DNA of 39,835 bases from a virus. Its lineage: Duplodnaviria > Caudoviricetes. The notes below the pieces were generated by a model. It did no database searches. It was not told the DNA's origin and saw only the letters and a list, made by a program, of their open reading frames with translations. Position numbers and translations under genes: made by a program. Position 1 is the stretch's first letter; every line of letters starts with the position of its first letter. The DNA lies in the IMG/VR virus record IMGVR_UViG_3300033551_000015, positions 1-39,835 of that record, one strand, 5' to 3'. Positions 27,600 to 36,457 of the stretch are shown here, piece by piece.

Positions 27600-27835
27600 G
27601 GCGACGCGTCAGCCCGTGGTGCGTCCCGGACAAGTGGCGATACGTCGAGAGCAAGTTTCCCGGCGCGTACGAGGCGTGGACTCGCTGGCCGAGCGTCGAG
27701 CTGACTCGCGGCGACGTGCTCGGCACGACAGGCAAGCCAACGACCGCGGTCTGCTCGGTGCGCTTCCTCGTCGTGCCGGGAGGATATCGTCACTATCGGT
27801 ACGACGATCGCGCCAAGAGGTGGGTCGATCGATGA
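27596..27835 (+). CDS. hypothetical protein
   Basis: Overlaps both neighbours. Confidence 0.45.
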   Translation: MRRRVSPWCVPDKWRYVESKFPGAYEAWTRWPSVELTRGDVLGTTGKPTTAVCSVRFLVVPGGYRHYRYDDRAKRWVDR

Positions 27836-28308
27836 GCGAGCGTCGAGTGTTCACCTTCGGCGACTTCGATCTCATCCACGTCGGCGTCGTCAAGCTCCTC
27901 AGGTTCGCCGCGCAGGAGTTCGCCGCGTCGGGGACGGAGGTCGAGCTGACCGTCGCTCTGCGAACCGACGAGGTGATCGACTGTCAGCGGCGCGAGCGAC
28001 TTCACACGTTCGAGGAGCGTCTCGAGATGCTGAGCATGATGCGACACGTGAGCTTCGTGCGACGACTCGAGGACGAGCTGCCGATACAGATGCTGATCGA
28101 CATGTATCGCGTCGCGAATGGACCGCACGTGATCGTCGAGCCGACGACTCGGCTCAAGGGAAGAACAACCGACCTGGAGATCGCCGTCGGGGCGTATGGA
28201 GGCATCGTCATTCCGTACGACACGACGCACGACAAGGCTCACTACTGGAGCCTTCGCGCCTTCAGGGATCGCAGCAAGACGATGAAGAAGCTGAGAAGGA
28301 AGGTATGA
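27832..28308 (+). CDS. TagD-like cytidylyltransferase-fold protein with degenerate HxGH
   Basis: VFTFGDFDLIHVGV, VALRTDE, TFEERLEML...V; second His of HxGH is Val. Confidence 0.7.
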   Translation: MSERRVFTFGDFDLIHVGVVKLLRFAAQEFAASGTEVELTVALRTDEVIDCQRRERLHTFEERLEMLSMMRHVSFVRRLEDELPIQMLIDMYRVANGPHVIVEPTTRLKGRTTDLEIAVGAYGGIVIPYDTTHDKAHYWSLRAFRDRSKTMKKLRRKV

Positions 28309-30329
28309 GCGAAGAACCAAAGACGACCGACTACTGCGCGCGATGCGGCGAGTCACCGGAGAGCGGCTCGCATCTACCGCACGGACACGAGTACGTGGAT
28401 CCGCGCGTTCGTGATCCGGCCATCAAGACGAAGCAGTTCGCACATCAGGCGAAGCTCTACCTCGAGCAGCGGAACGCGAGGTTCTTCGCTCTACACTGGG
28501 AGATGGGTCTCGGCAAGACTAAGCTGACGATCGACGTCGCATCCCACCTCTTCCTCACCGGGCAGATCGACGCCGTTCTGGTCGTGGCTCCGAATGAAGT
28601 TTTCTTAAACTGGCTCCAGGAAGAGATGCCTCGTCACATGGCGGCTCCATACGTCGGCATGGCGGCGAGGACGAAGGGCTCCAAGTCCGAGCGGACCAGG
28701 ATGAAGCAGCTGATGATGCTGAACCGGGACGATCCGGACTTCCGCGGGAAGCTCAGGTTCGTGTGCGTCAGCTACGACGGTCTGCGAGTCGAGGCGACGT
28801 GGGAGTTCGTCAAGAAGTTCGCGATGATCTATCGCACGATGATCATCGCGGACGAGTGCAGCCGCATCAAGAATCGCAACGCTCAGCAGACGAAGCGCGC
28901 GAAGACGCTCGCCGAGTACTGCCCGGTGAGGTGGGAGGTGACGGGAACTCCGGCCACGGAGTCGCCGTTCGGTCTGCACTCGCAGATCGAGTTCCTCGAC
29001 CCGAACTTCTGGGCTCAGTACGGGCTTCGCTCGTACAGCGCGTTCAAGACGCGGTTCGGCGAGTTCGAGCTCAGGCGCATGGGGAAGCGAGTCTTCAACC
29101 AGCTGAAGCAGTATCGTGGTCTCGACGACCTTCGCCGCATGATCGCGCCGATCTCGTCGCGACTGCTGAAGGAGGACTCGGAGGTCGATCTCCCGCCGAA
29201 GCTGTACACGACGCGACGCTTCGACATGGCCGAGGAGCAGGCGAGGCTCTACGCGCAGGTGCGCGATCAGTTTCTCGCGGAGTTGGACGGCGGCATGATC
29301 CTCGAGGCGTCGCTCGCCGTGGTTCGCCTCACGCGACTCCAGCAGATCGCCTGCGGTCACGCGACCGTGGATCAGTACGAGTCGTACGACGAGACCGAGG
29401 ACGAGGAGCTGGAGCGTCAGCTGAGTTTCGACGACTCGCCGAGGTGGGACGAGCAGGTTCAGCGACCGCTCAGCGTAGAGATCATCGAGGACGCTACGCG
29501 ACGCGCTCTGGCGACGCCCGAGGCCGAGGCTGCCGCTCGTGCTCAGTGGGGCGACGGCGACGGCGAGGTGCCGAGGCTCGCCGGCTCGCAACTCGCGGAG
29601 CCTCAGTCGTACGAGGAGGTCTACGCGCGCGTACAGCAGGGGATTCAGGACGTCGCTGCGTCAGGTGAGTCAGGGAAGATGCGGACGGATCCGGTGATCG
29701 CCGAGGCCGCTCCACTGAAGTCGACGCGCAAGACCATCGACGTGATCCCGCCGAAGGACAACCCGCGTCTCAAGCTCCTGGTCCATCTGGTCGAGCAGGC
29801 GACGCAGAACTACGAGGTCGCGAGACCGAGGAAGGTGATCGTCTTCTGCCGCTTTCGTCGAGACGTCGACCTGATCGTCGAGCACCTCAACGCGCTCGGT
29901 TGCGAGGAGGATGACGACGAGGAGTTCGGGAAGAAGTTCGCCGATCGCCGAGGAGAGTTCGCGTTGAGGTACGACGGTGCCGTCAAGCACGGCGTTCGCC
30001 CGGGTGTCCTCAAGCGGTTCCGCGATTCAGCCGACCCCTCCCGCGTCCTCGTGGCGAACGTTCACGCGATGTCGATGGGCGTCACGCTGACCATCGCCAA
30101 GACGATGATCTTCTACAGCAACTCGTTCAGCCTCGAGAAGCGCCTTCAGGCGGAGGACCGCTTCCATCGCATCGGGCAGGACCAGTCGGTCCAACTGATC
30201 GACATCGTCGGCAACGGAACCGTGGACGAGCACGTGGTGAAGTCGATGCGCGAGAAGTTCGAGATTCAAACACAGGTCACCGGCGATCGCCTTCGCGAGT
30301 GGCTCAACATCAGGGGTGTGGAGTCGTGA
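28305..30329 (+). CDS. SNF2-family helicase
   Basis: EMGLGKT, DECSRIKN, TGTP, GVTLT, QAEDRFHRIGQ. Confidence 0.9.
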   Translation: MSEEPKTTDYCARCGESPESGSHLPHGHEYVDPRVRDPAIKTKQFAHQAKLYLEQRNARFFALHWEMGLGKTKLTIDVASHLFLTGQIDAVLVVAPNEVFLNWLQEEMPRHMAAPYVGMAARTKGSKSERTRMKQLMMLNRDDPDFRGKLRFVCVSYDGLRVEATWEFVKKFAMIYRTMIIADECSRIKNRNAQQTKRAKTLAEYCPVRWEVTGTPATESPFGLHSQIEFLDPNFWAQYGLRSYSAFKTRFGEFELRRMGKRVFNQLKQYRGLDDLRRMIAPISSRLLKEDSEVDLPPKLYTTRRFDMAEEQARLYAQVRDQFLAELDGGMILEASLAVVRLTRLQQIACGHATVDQYESYDETEDEELERQLSFDDSPRWDEQVQRPLSVEIIEDATRRALATPEAEAAARAQWGDGDGEVPRLAGSQLAEPQSYEEVYARVQQGIQDVAASGESGKMRTDPVIAEAAPLKSTRKTIDVIPPKDNPRLKLLVHLVEQATQNYEVARPRKVIVFCRFRRDVDLIVEHLNALGCEEDDDEEFGKKFADRRGEFALRYDGAVKHGVRPGVLKRFRDSADPSRVLVANVHAMSMGVTLTIAKTMIFYSNSFSLEKRLQAEDRFHRIGQDQSVQLIDIVGNGTVDEHVVKSMREKFEIQTQVTGDRLREWLNIRGVES

Positions 30330-30667
30330 TCCTTCGGTGCAACATGTCTCAGGAAGACTTCAACGAGGCGATCTCAATCGCGACTGAGCGCGAGCTTCTC
30401 GACACCATCTTCGAGCAGCCGTTTCTGCTCGAGTCAGCACACTTCGTCGAATGCCGAAGGGTGATCGGCAGACGTCACGCCGAGTTGCTCGCGGCTCGCG
30501 GTAACGAGAAGTCGCTAGCCGAGGTCGTCGACGCCGCGATCCTGTCCGTCATGACCACGCACGATCACTCGGCGCTGTGGAGCCACGGGCGACTGGATCC
30601 GGAGGCGTTCCGCTCGGCGATGCGACGCGTGCTCGAGAACCAGCATCGACACCTGGAGAAGAAGTGA
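30326..30667 (+). CDS. hypothetical protein
   Basis: GTGA overlap with helicase stop. Confidence 0.5.
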   Translation: MILRCNMSQEDFNEAISIATERELLDTIFEQPFLLESAHFVECRRVIGRRHAELLAARGNEKSLAEVVDAAILSVMTTHDHSALWSHGRLDPEAFRSAMRRVLENQHRHLEKK

Positions 30668-30909
30668 TGGATCGGCTTCAGCAGAGCATCCTCGACGCCG
30701 AGCGCGCCGCGAAGGTCGCCGAGAAGCGAGCCGCTCACCTCGAGGCGAGGGAGGACGGATGGCGGAAGCACCTCCTGCAGATCGGCTCGAGCGATCCGCC
30801 GCCGGAGCCTCCTGCGCTGTTCACCTGCGACGACTGTCCGGCAGCGCTGGAGTGTCCGTCCGCATTCGACGACTATAACACGAACGGCGACTGTCTGGAG
30901 ATGAAGTGA
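30667..30909 (+). CDS. small coiled-coil and Cys-rich protein
   Basis: TGATG overlap; CDDC...C...C. Confidence 0.5.
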   Translation: MDRLQQSILDAERAAKVAEKRAAHLEAREDGWRKHLLQIGSSDPPPEPPALFTCDDCPAALECPSAFDDYNTNGDCLEMK

Positions 30910-31322
30910 TGCCGAGAGTCTACGTCATTCAAAACACGCACCGTCTCAATCGAGACACTCACACGCTCGAGCCGAAGTACGACTTCGACGAGGCGAAGCA
31001 GTTCGGTGACGTCGTATTCCTGTTGTCGCCGATGGCGAAGCCGCACGACCCGACGGTGATCAAGGAGTTGCGGGAGAAGCTTCGCGACATCACGACTCAC
31101 GACTACCTCCTGCTCGTCGGCAATCCGTCGCTCATCGGTTTCGCGTGCGCCGTCGCAGCGGACGCTACCGACGGGCGGTTGAAGGTTCTCCAGTGGGACG
31201 GCAAGAACAAAGCGTACGTCTGCGTGAGCGCGAATCTTCGAGCGACCTTCAAGACGCGATGCAGAGTACACACGTTTGTCAACGACGTGTGTCGCGACTG
31301 CGGCATCTGCGAGGACGCGTAA
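30906..31322 (+). CDS. hypothetical alpha/beta phage protein
   Basis: VYVIQ...DYLLLVGNP...VLQWD; C-terminal CRDC. Confidence 0.6.
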   Translation: MMPRVYVIQNTHRLNRDTHTLEPKYDFDEAKQFGDVVFLLSPMAKPHDPTVIKELREKLRDITTHDYLLLVGNPSLIGFACAVAADATDGRLKVLQWDGKNKAYVCVSANLRATFKTRCRVHTFVNDVCRDCGICEDA

Positions 31323-31369
31323 AAGGCGTCTGCGACCAAACAGGCAAGAAAGAAAATTGCGCTCACCTA

Positions 31370-31398
31370 TTGCGTAACGTGCCGTAACCTGCTATAGT
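31370..31398 (+). promoter_or_regulatory. sigma70-type promoter
   Basis: TTGCGT-17 bp-TATAGT with extended -10 TG and A-rich upstream tract. Confidence 0.7.
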
Positions 31399-31496
31399 CG
31401 CCCGAACCACGGTTGGCCTCCAACTTCGGCAGCTCTGCGACGAATGTGCGTCGGCGAGCGCCTCAGCGGGTCATCCCAGAAATGGAGTACTGAACA

Positions 31497-32279
31497 GTGA
31501 GTGTGGACAGAAAACCAGATCCGCGCAACAACGCGGACGACGCGTACGACGCATTCGTGAAGATGGGCGACAGCGAGTGGCAGGGACTGCTCCGCTCGCT
31601 CGCCGGCGGAGGCGTGCTGACCGAGGCTGAGACCGAGGGCTTCAAGCGCGCTCGCACAGAGCGCGCTCAGCTGTCGCGCACCGAGACGGTCGACGCGGCT
31701 CCGGTCATCCCGAACTACGCCGGCGAGGAGCTGCCGACTCCGCAGGACGCCATCCGGGCGCTCGGTCAGCTCGCCGCGAAGCAGGGTCTGCTCGAGCTGG
31801 AGATCGAGGATCTCGAGCAGCAGCTCAAGGACAAGAAGAAGGAGCTGGCGGAGTACGCCGAGAAGCTCGTGCCGACCGCGCTCGAGCAGATGGGGATCGG
31901 CGCCGGCTCCAAGATCAAGACCCTCGGTGGTCTCACCGTCGAGCTGAAGGAGGACGTTCGCGCGTCCATCCCGCAGGACCCGACGAAGCGTCAGGCCGCG
32001 CTGGACTGGCTCTACGAGACCGGCAACGACGGCATCGTCAAGCGCGAGATCACCATCAGCTATCCGCGCGAGAAGGCGAAGTTCGCCGACGAGCTGATGG
32101 ACAAGCTGCGCGATATGGGCGTCATGGAGAACGCCTCGGTCGAGAACGACTGGGACATTCACAACTCGACGCTCGTCGCGTTCATCAAGGCTGAGCTTCG
32201 CGAGGGGCGCGAGGTGCCGATGAGCAACTTCGGCGCCTTCATCCAGAAGCGGGCGAAGATCAACAGGAGCGGTAAGTGA
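31497..32279 (+). CDS. phage coiled-coil protein of the replication module
   Basis: 260 aa, GGAG RBS, ALDWL...GIVK and IH..TL..F motifs; function unknown. Confidence 0.6.
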   Translation: MSVDRKPDPRNNADDAYDAFVKMGDSEWQGLLRSLAGGGVLTEAETEGFKRARTERAQLSRTETVDAAPVIPNYAGEELPTPQDAIRALGQLAAKQGLLELEIEDLEQQLKDKKKELAEYAEKLVPTALEQMGIGAGSKIKTLGGLTVELKEDVRASIPQDPTKRQAALDWLYETGNDGIVKREITISYPREKAKFADELMDKLRDMGVMENASVENDWDIHNSTLVAFIKAELREGREVPMSNFGAFIQKRAKINRSGK

Positions 32280-32563
32280 GCGCGCCGAAGACGAAGCCGT
32301 CGCTGACGGTTCTGCCCGGTGGGTTGAGCGCGCCGAAGCTCAGCGCGAAGTTCAAGGCGACGCTGCCGAAGCGAAGCCTCGCCAGGGAGGCTGTCTGGGA
32401 CAGCGAGTTCGCTCGGCTCCAGCGACGCCTCGAGAAGATCGCGGCGCTGAAGCGCGGCGACGCGACCATCAAGAAGGTGAGCGTCGGTGGTGGATGGGTG
32501 AGGCGACACTATCGCGACCCTCACACACGATATCTGATCCGACTCCGCTCCGACAAGAAGTAA
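32276..32563 (+). CDS. small basic protein
   Basis: 95 aa, Lys/Arg-rich; GTGA overlap. Confidence 0.55.
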   Translation: MSAPKTKPSLTVLPGGLSAPKLSAKFKATLPKRSLAREAVWDSEFARLQRRLEKIAALKRGDATIKKVSVGGGWVRRHYRDPHTRYLIRLRSDKK

Positions 32564-32570
32564 GCAGACA

Positions 32571-32623
32571 GCTCCCGCCGTCGAAGAGGGACGGGTTCGT
32601 CGGTTCGACTCCGACGGTGAGCG
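32571..32623 (+). ncRNA. tRNA-like element 2 (no D-arm)
   Basis: GCTCCCG/GGTGAGC acceptor (5 of 7 pairs), CCGTC-7nt-GACGG arm, T-arm GTCGG-TTCGACT-CCGAC, then G-CGA. Confidence 0.5.
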
Positions 32624-32739
32624 CGATGCTCCGGCTATCCAGCCGAGCAGGAACAACCGGGCGCGACAAGCTGGTCAGCGCTGCCGAATGGTCGGCGTGC
32701 GTTCGTCAGCCAGCATCCGGGACAAGCGAAGGTAGGAAC

Positions 32740-33552
32740 ATGACTAAGGAAACGACCGCGATCCAGAACCCCGACAAGAACACCGGCATCCAGATCTTCG
32801 ACTACGGCGAGGACGCCGGTAAGGGATACGAGAACCAGTCCAAGGCGGACCTCTCGATGCCCTTCATCAACCTCCTCCAGTCGGGTTCCCCGCTGGTGAA
32901 GGACGGCAAGGCTCGAGCGGGTGACTTCTTCAACACGGTGACTCAGCAGATCTGGCCGCGCGAGACTGGTCTGCTCTTCGTTCCCGGCAGCACGAAGCAG
33001 ATGTTCGCGGAGTGGGTTCCGCGGAAGCAGGGCGGAGGATTCCGCGGTCATCATCAGGTGAACGACGAGATCGTGCTGAACGCGATCAAGAACGCGGCGA
33101 AGTTCGGGAAGTATCTCACTCCCGAGGGCAACAACCTGAACGACACGTTCTACGTCTACGGTGCGCTCTGCACGGAGGACGGAGTCGCAGACTCCATGTG
33201 CGTGATCCCGTTCTGGTCGACGAAGATCCGGCCGTACAAGGCGTGGAACTCTCGTCTCCGCACGTTCAACATGCAGCACGGGAACAAGATCCCGCTCTTC
33301 GCGAACCTCGTGCGCATGACGTCGAGGGAGACGCAGAACAGCGAGGGCGAGTTCTACATCCCGGTGCTCTCGAGCGCCGATCCGCGTGGCATCGGCTACA
33401 GCTTGCTCGGTCCGGACGACGAGCGGTTCCAGATGGCGAAGGCTTGCGCTCAGCTGGTGATGAGCGGCGACGCCGACATCAACTACGGCAAGTCTCGCGA
33501 GGCCGAGGGCGACGACGAGGACGGCGAGAAGAAGGACGGCAATCCCTTCTGA
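32740..33552 (+). CDS. putative single-stranded DNA-binding protein
   Basis: Start MTKETT; acidic C-terminal tail ending NPF like SSB tips; replication context. Confidence 0.55.
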   Translation: MTKETTAIQNPDKNTGIQIFDYGEDAGKGYENQSKADLSMPFINLLQSGSPLVKDGKARAGDFFNTVTQQIWPRETGLLFVPGSTKQMFAEWVPRKQGGGFRGHHQVNDEIVLNAIKNAAKFGKYLTPEGNNLNDTFYVYGALCTEDGVADSMCVIPFWSTKIRPYKAWNSRLRTFNMQHGNKIPLFANLVRMTSRETQNSEGEFYIPVLSSADPRGIGYSLLGPDDERFQMAKACAQLVMSGDADINYGKSREAEGDDEDGEKKDGNPF

Positions 33553-33603
33553 CCAGTCGGTGAGTGCGTTCCGACTCGCGCACCTCAAACGAGTCGGTGG
33601 TCA

Positions 33604-33663
33604 GCCTCACGTATGGGAACTCACGGTAGACGCCGTGACGGGGTTCGAGTACCCGGTGAGGCG
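33604..33663 (+). ncRNA. tRNA-like element 3 (D-arm replaced by loop)
   Basis: GCCTCAC/GTGAGGC perfect acceptor, TCACGG/CCGTGA arm, T-arm CGGGG-TTCGAGT-ACCCG (one mismatch), then G-CGA. Confidence 0.55.
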
Positions 33664-33665
33664 CG

Positions 33666-33854
33666 ATGAGCTACAAGTGGAGCATCGAGGTTCCAACGCG
33701 CGTCTTCAACGCGTACAGGACGGTAGCTGCGGTCTACTTTCGTCTGGCGGACAGGCCCGGGTGTCTGTTCTTCATCGGCGATGATGAGATCGTGGCACGT
33801 TGTGACGGCGGAGACAGCGGAGACGAGGATCAGCCGTGTTCATCGAGCGACTGA
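33666..33854 (+). CDS. small hypothetical protein
   Basis: 62 aa; GAGG RBS lies in the 3' stem of tRNA-like element 3. Confidence 0.4.
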   Translation: MSYKWSIEVPTRVFNAYRTVAAVYFRLADRPGCLFFIGDDEIVARCDGGDSGDEDQPCSSSD

Positions 33855-34186
33855 ATCAGCTTCTGGTCAACTTTAGGGCTCAGTACGGCGTCAGCCACGC
33901 TGATCTCAGGAAGCACTCGTGCGTCGTCAGCGCAGACGGAGCCGTCGGTCTCATGCGCGAGGCGGCGAAGCACGTCGAGTTCAAGATGACGTTCCACGAG
34001 CGCATTCAGTTCGACTCGGACGACGACTCGCTGTTTCTCTTCGACGGAGTTCGCATCGTGCTTCGGCATCGCGCCACACCCGGGCATGCTTTCGTCGTCG
34101 AGACGAGCGAGGTCCCGAAGCGCGATTGCTGCGACTCAACCGCATTTCAGACGCTCATGATCGCCATGAGCACGGGAAGCGCATGA
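33836..34186 (+). CDS. hypothetical protein
   Basis: GAGGA RBS; ATGA overlap with HNH gene. Confidence 0.55.
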   Translation: MFIERLNQLLVNFRAQYGVSHADLRKHSCVVSADGAVGLMREAAKHVEFKMTFHERIQFDSDDDSLFLFDGVRIVLRHRATPGHAFVVETSEVPKRDCCDSTAFQTLMIAMSTGSA

Positions 34187-34641
34187 CATTTCAGACAGGA
34201 AATACGGTCGGTGCTCGTCATGGTCACGCGTTGCGATCAGGTAAGTCTCCAGAGTATCAGAGCTGGAGCAACATGATCGAACGATGCAAGAGTGACGAGA
34301 AGTATCTGCGCAACGGAATCACCGTTTGCGAGCGTTGGCAGATCTTTGATAATTTTCTGGAGGACATGGGAACACGCCCTTCAGGAACTTCTCTCGACCG
34401 TAAGAACGGTCGACTCGGGTATGTCCCTGACAACTGTCGGTGGGCGACGCCGACCGAACAGCGAAAGAATCAAATCGCCCCAAGTGGGAACCGAGCGCGG
34501 TATCAGCCGGTTTCGAGCGAGCAGTTCGAGAAGATCTATTCGCTGCGAAACGATGGAAGAACGTACCGAGAGATTAGCGAGGAACTCAATCTGCCGATCA
34601 ATATCGTTGGTCGTATCTGTCGCGGAGATCGCGTCGAATGA
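34183..34641 (+). CDS. HNH-family homing endonuclease with C-terminal HTH
   Basis: EYQSWSNMIERC, GITVCERW, SLDRKN...Y..DNCRWAT..EQ..N; visibly more AT-rich than flanks. Confidence 0.85.
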   Translation: MTFQTGNTVGARHGHALRSGKSPEYQSWSNMIERCKSDEKYLRNGITVCERWQIFDNFLEDMGTRPSGTSLDRKNGRLGYVPDNCRWATPTEQRKNQIAPSGNRARYQPVSSEQFEKIYSLRNDGRTYREISEELNLPINIVGRICRGDRVE

Positions 34642-35900
34642 GCTGGGGAATTCAACAGGAATCAGCGCTTCGCAACTGTGGTCGCTGGATGAATGCTCCT
34701 CGCGGAAGCGTGCCTCAGGTGCGTCGCCTCTTCGGGTTCGCAGGCACCGGGAAGACCACGCTCGCCAAACATCTCGTTGCTCAGGCTAGCGGAAAATGGC
34801 TCTTCGCAGCTCTGACGGGTAAGGCTGCTCACGTCCTCCGTCAGAAGGGATGCGAGGGCGCGACGACGCTCCACAGTCTCATCTACCGACCGTCTGGCGA
34901 CTCGAAGGCTAAGGAGCTGCTCCTGGTGGAGGAGAAGATCAACGCGATCTGCTTCGGCTCCGAGGAGAAGAAGCGCGAGTACACGCCGGAGGAGATCGCC
35001 GAGTTGCGACGACTCGAGGGCGTTCGCAAGCGACTGATGGAGGACAACGAGCCGCGATTCGCGCTGTGGGACCTAAGCCCGCTGAGCGAGTCCAGCGTCC
35101 ACGGCATCATCGTCGACGAGGTGTCGATGGTGGACCGTTATCTAGGCAAGGACATCGAGTCGTTCGGCAAGAAGATTCTCGTGCTCGGCGACCCCGCTCA
35201 GCTGCCTCCGGTGGGCGGAGGAGGATACTACACGGAGGCTGAACCGGACGACATGTTGACGGAGGTGCATCGTCAAGCTGCGGACTCGGGCATCCTGCGG
35301 CTCGCCACTCTGGTCCGCGAGGGTGGTAAGCCGAAGCCGGAGTTGTCGAGCGACCTAGTTGTGCTCGAGCGTAGTCGCACGGACAAGGCTGAGATCGCCC
35401 GGTTGGTCCTGCGCGCCGACCAGGTTCTGTGCGGACGGAACGCGACGCGGAAGAACATGAATCGTCGGCACCGCGAGCTGCTCGGGAGAACAGGCGTCGT
35501 CAGCGAGAAGGACCGACTGGTGTGTCTGAAGAACTACCGCTCGCTCGGTCTATTCAACGGCTCGCAGTGGGTCGTCACAGAGGCGCGCGACGTCGACACG
35601 AGTTCCAAGAGCGCAAGCCTCACGGTACGCTCTGAGGACGGCGCCTCCACTGAGGAGCCGACGCTCGCGTGTTGGCTCCATCACTTCGTCGACGCGGCGA
35701 GTGAGCTCGATGACCTCGGGCAGGAGCGTCGCGATCTCTGCGAGTTCGACTACTCTTACGCGCTCACGTGCCACAAGGCTCAGGGGAGTCAGTGGCCGAA
35801 CGTCGTCGTGTTCGACGAGTCCAGCTCGTTCCCGGAGGGTTGGCGATGGCTCTACACCGCTGTGACGCGGGCTAGCGAGAAACTGACGGTGATGCTGTGA
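34638..35900 (+). CDS. Dda/RecD-like SF1B helicase
   Basis: GFAGTGKT, DEVSMV, GDPAQLPPV, EVHRQ, YALTCHKAQGSQW, YTAVTRA. Confidence 0.9.
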   Translation: MSWGIQQESALRNCGRWMNAPRGSVPQVRRLFGFAGTGKTTLAKHLVAQASGKWLFAALTGKAAHVLRQKGCEGATTLHSLIYRPSGDSKAKELLLVEEKINAICFGSEEKKREYTPEEIAELRRLEGVRKRLMEDNEPRFALWDLSPLSESSVHGIIVDEVSMVDRYLGKDIESFGKKILVLGDPAQLPPVGGGGYYTEAEPDDMLTEVHRQAADSGILRLATLVREGGKPKPELSSDLVVLERSRTDKAEIARLVLRADQVLCGRNATRKNMNRRHRELLGRTGVVSEKDRLVCLKNYRSLGLFNGSQWVVTEARDVDTSSKSASLTVRSEDGASTEEPTLACWLHHFVDAASELDDLGQERRDLCEFDYSYALTCHKAQGSQWPNVVVFDESSSFPEGWRWLYTAVTRASEKLTVML

Positions 35901-36457
35901 GCGCGTGCGAGGATGATCCAACGGTCGGTTCAGAGCGTTGGCGAGACGCCGCGCGTGTCGTGTCGCTGGTTCGCTCGGTACCGGCGATGTCTCGGCAACT
36001 CCTGCTCGTAGGTGAGGACAATCCGGTCAGCTCGGCGCCTCAGTACGCGCTCTATCCGTATCCGCCGAACTGCGCGGGAGCTCGACTCTGCAACATGATT
36101 CTCGGGCTGAGCGAGGACGAGTACCTCGCGCTCTGGAGGACGAATCTCTGCACGCCGTCGTGGAGTCAGCGTCAGGCCGGACATCGAGCGCTCGAGCTTC
36201 TGTCGGTAGACGTGCCGTGGACCAGGCTCGTTCTGCTCGGTCGCAAGGTCGCGAAGGTGTTCGAGCCGATCACCGTGGCGAAGAGCCTCGAGCCGTTCTC
36301 CATCAGCCGCATCGAGATCAACGATCGTGTGTTCACCATCGCGTCGCTGCCGCATCCCTCCGGACGCTGTCGCGAGTGGAACGACGTCAACAACTACGGG
36401 CGGGCGCGGGACGTCATGAAGACGCTGGCTCCGTCCATACAGTGGGGAGCGAGCTGA
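35897..36457 (+). CDS. uracil-DNA glycosylase superfamily protein
   Basis: LLVGEDNP, AG.RL, TNL, VLLGRKVA, LPHPSG; alternative start at 35987. Confidence 0.7.
   Translation: MSACEDDPTVGSERWRDAARVVSLVRSVPAMSRQLLLVGEDNPVSSAPQYALYPYPPNCAGARLCNMILGLSEDEYLALWRTNLCTPSWSQRQAGHRALELLSVDVPWTRLVLLGRKVAKVFEPITVAKSLEPFSISRIEINDRVFTIASLPHPSGRCREWNDVNNYGRARDVMKTLAPSIQWGAS

Noticed and set aside
29365-29740. Intein in the SNF2 helicase
   Set aside because: No terminal His-Asn followed by Cys/Ser/Thr and no LAGLIDADG blocks; insertion is low-complexity
321-33663. Canonical decoding tRNA genes
   Set aside because: D-arms absent or abnormal, anticodon loops non-canonical, no encoded CCA; kept only as tRNA-like elements
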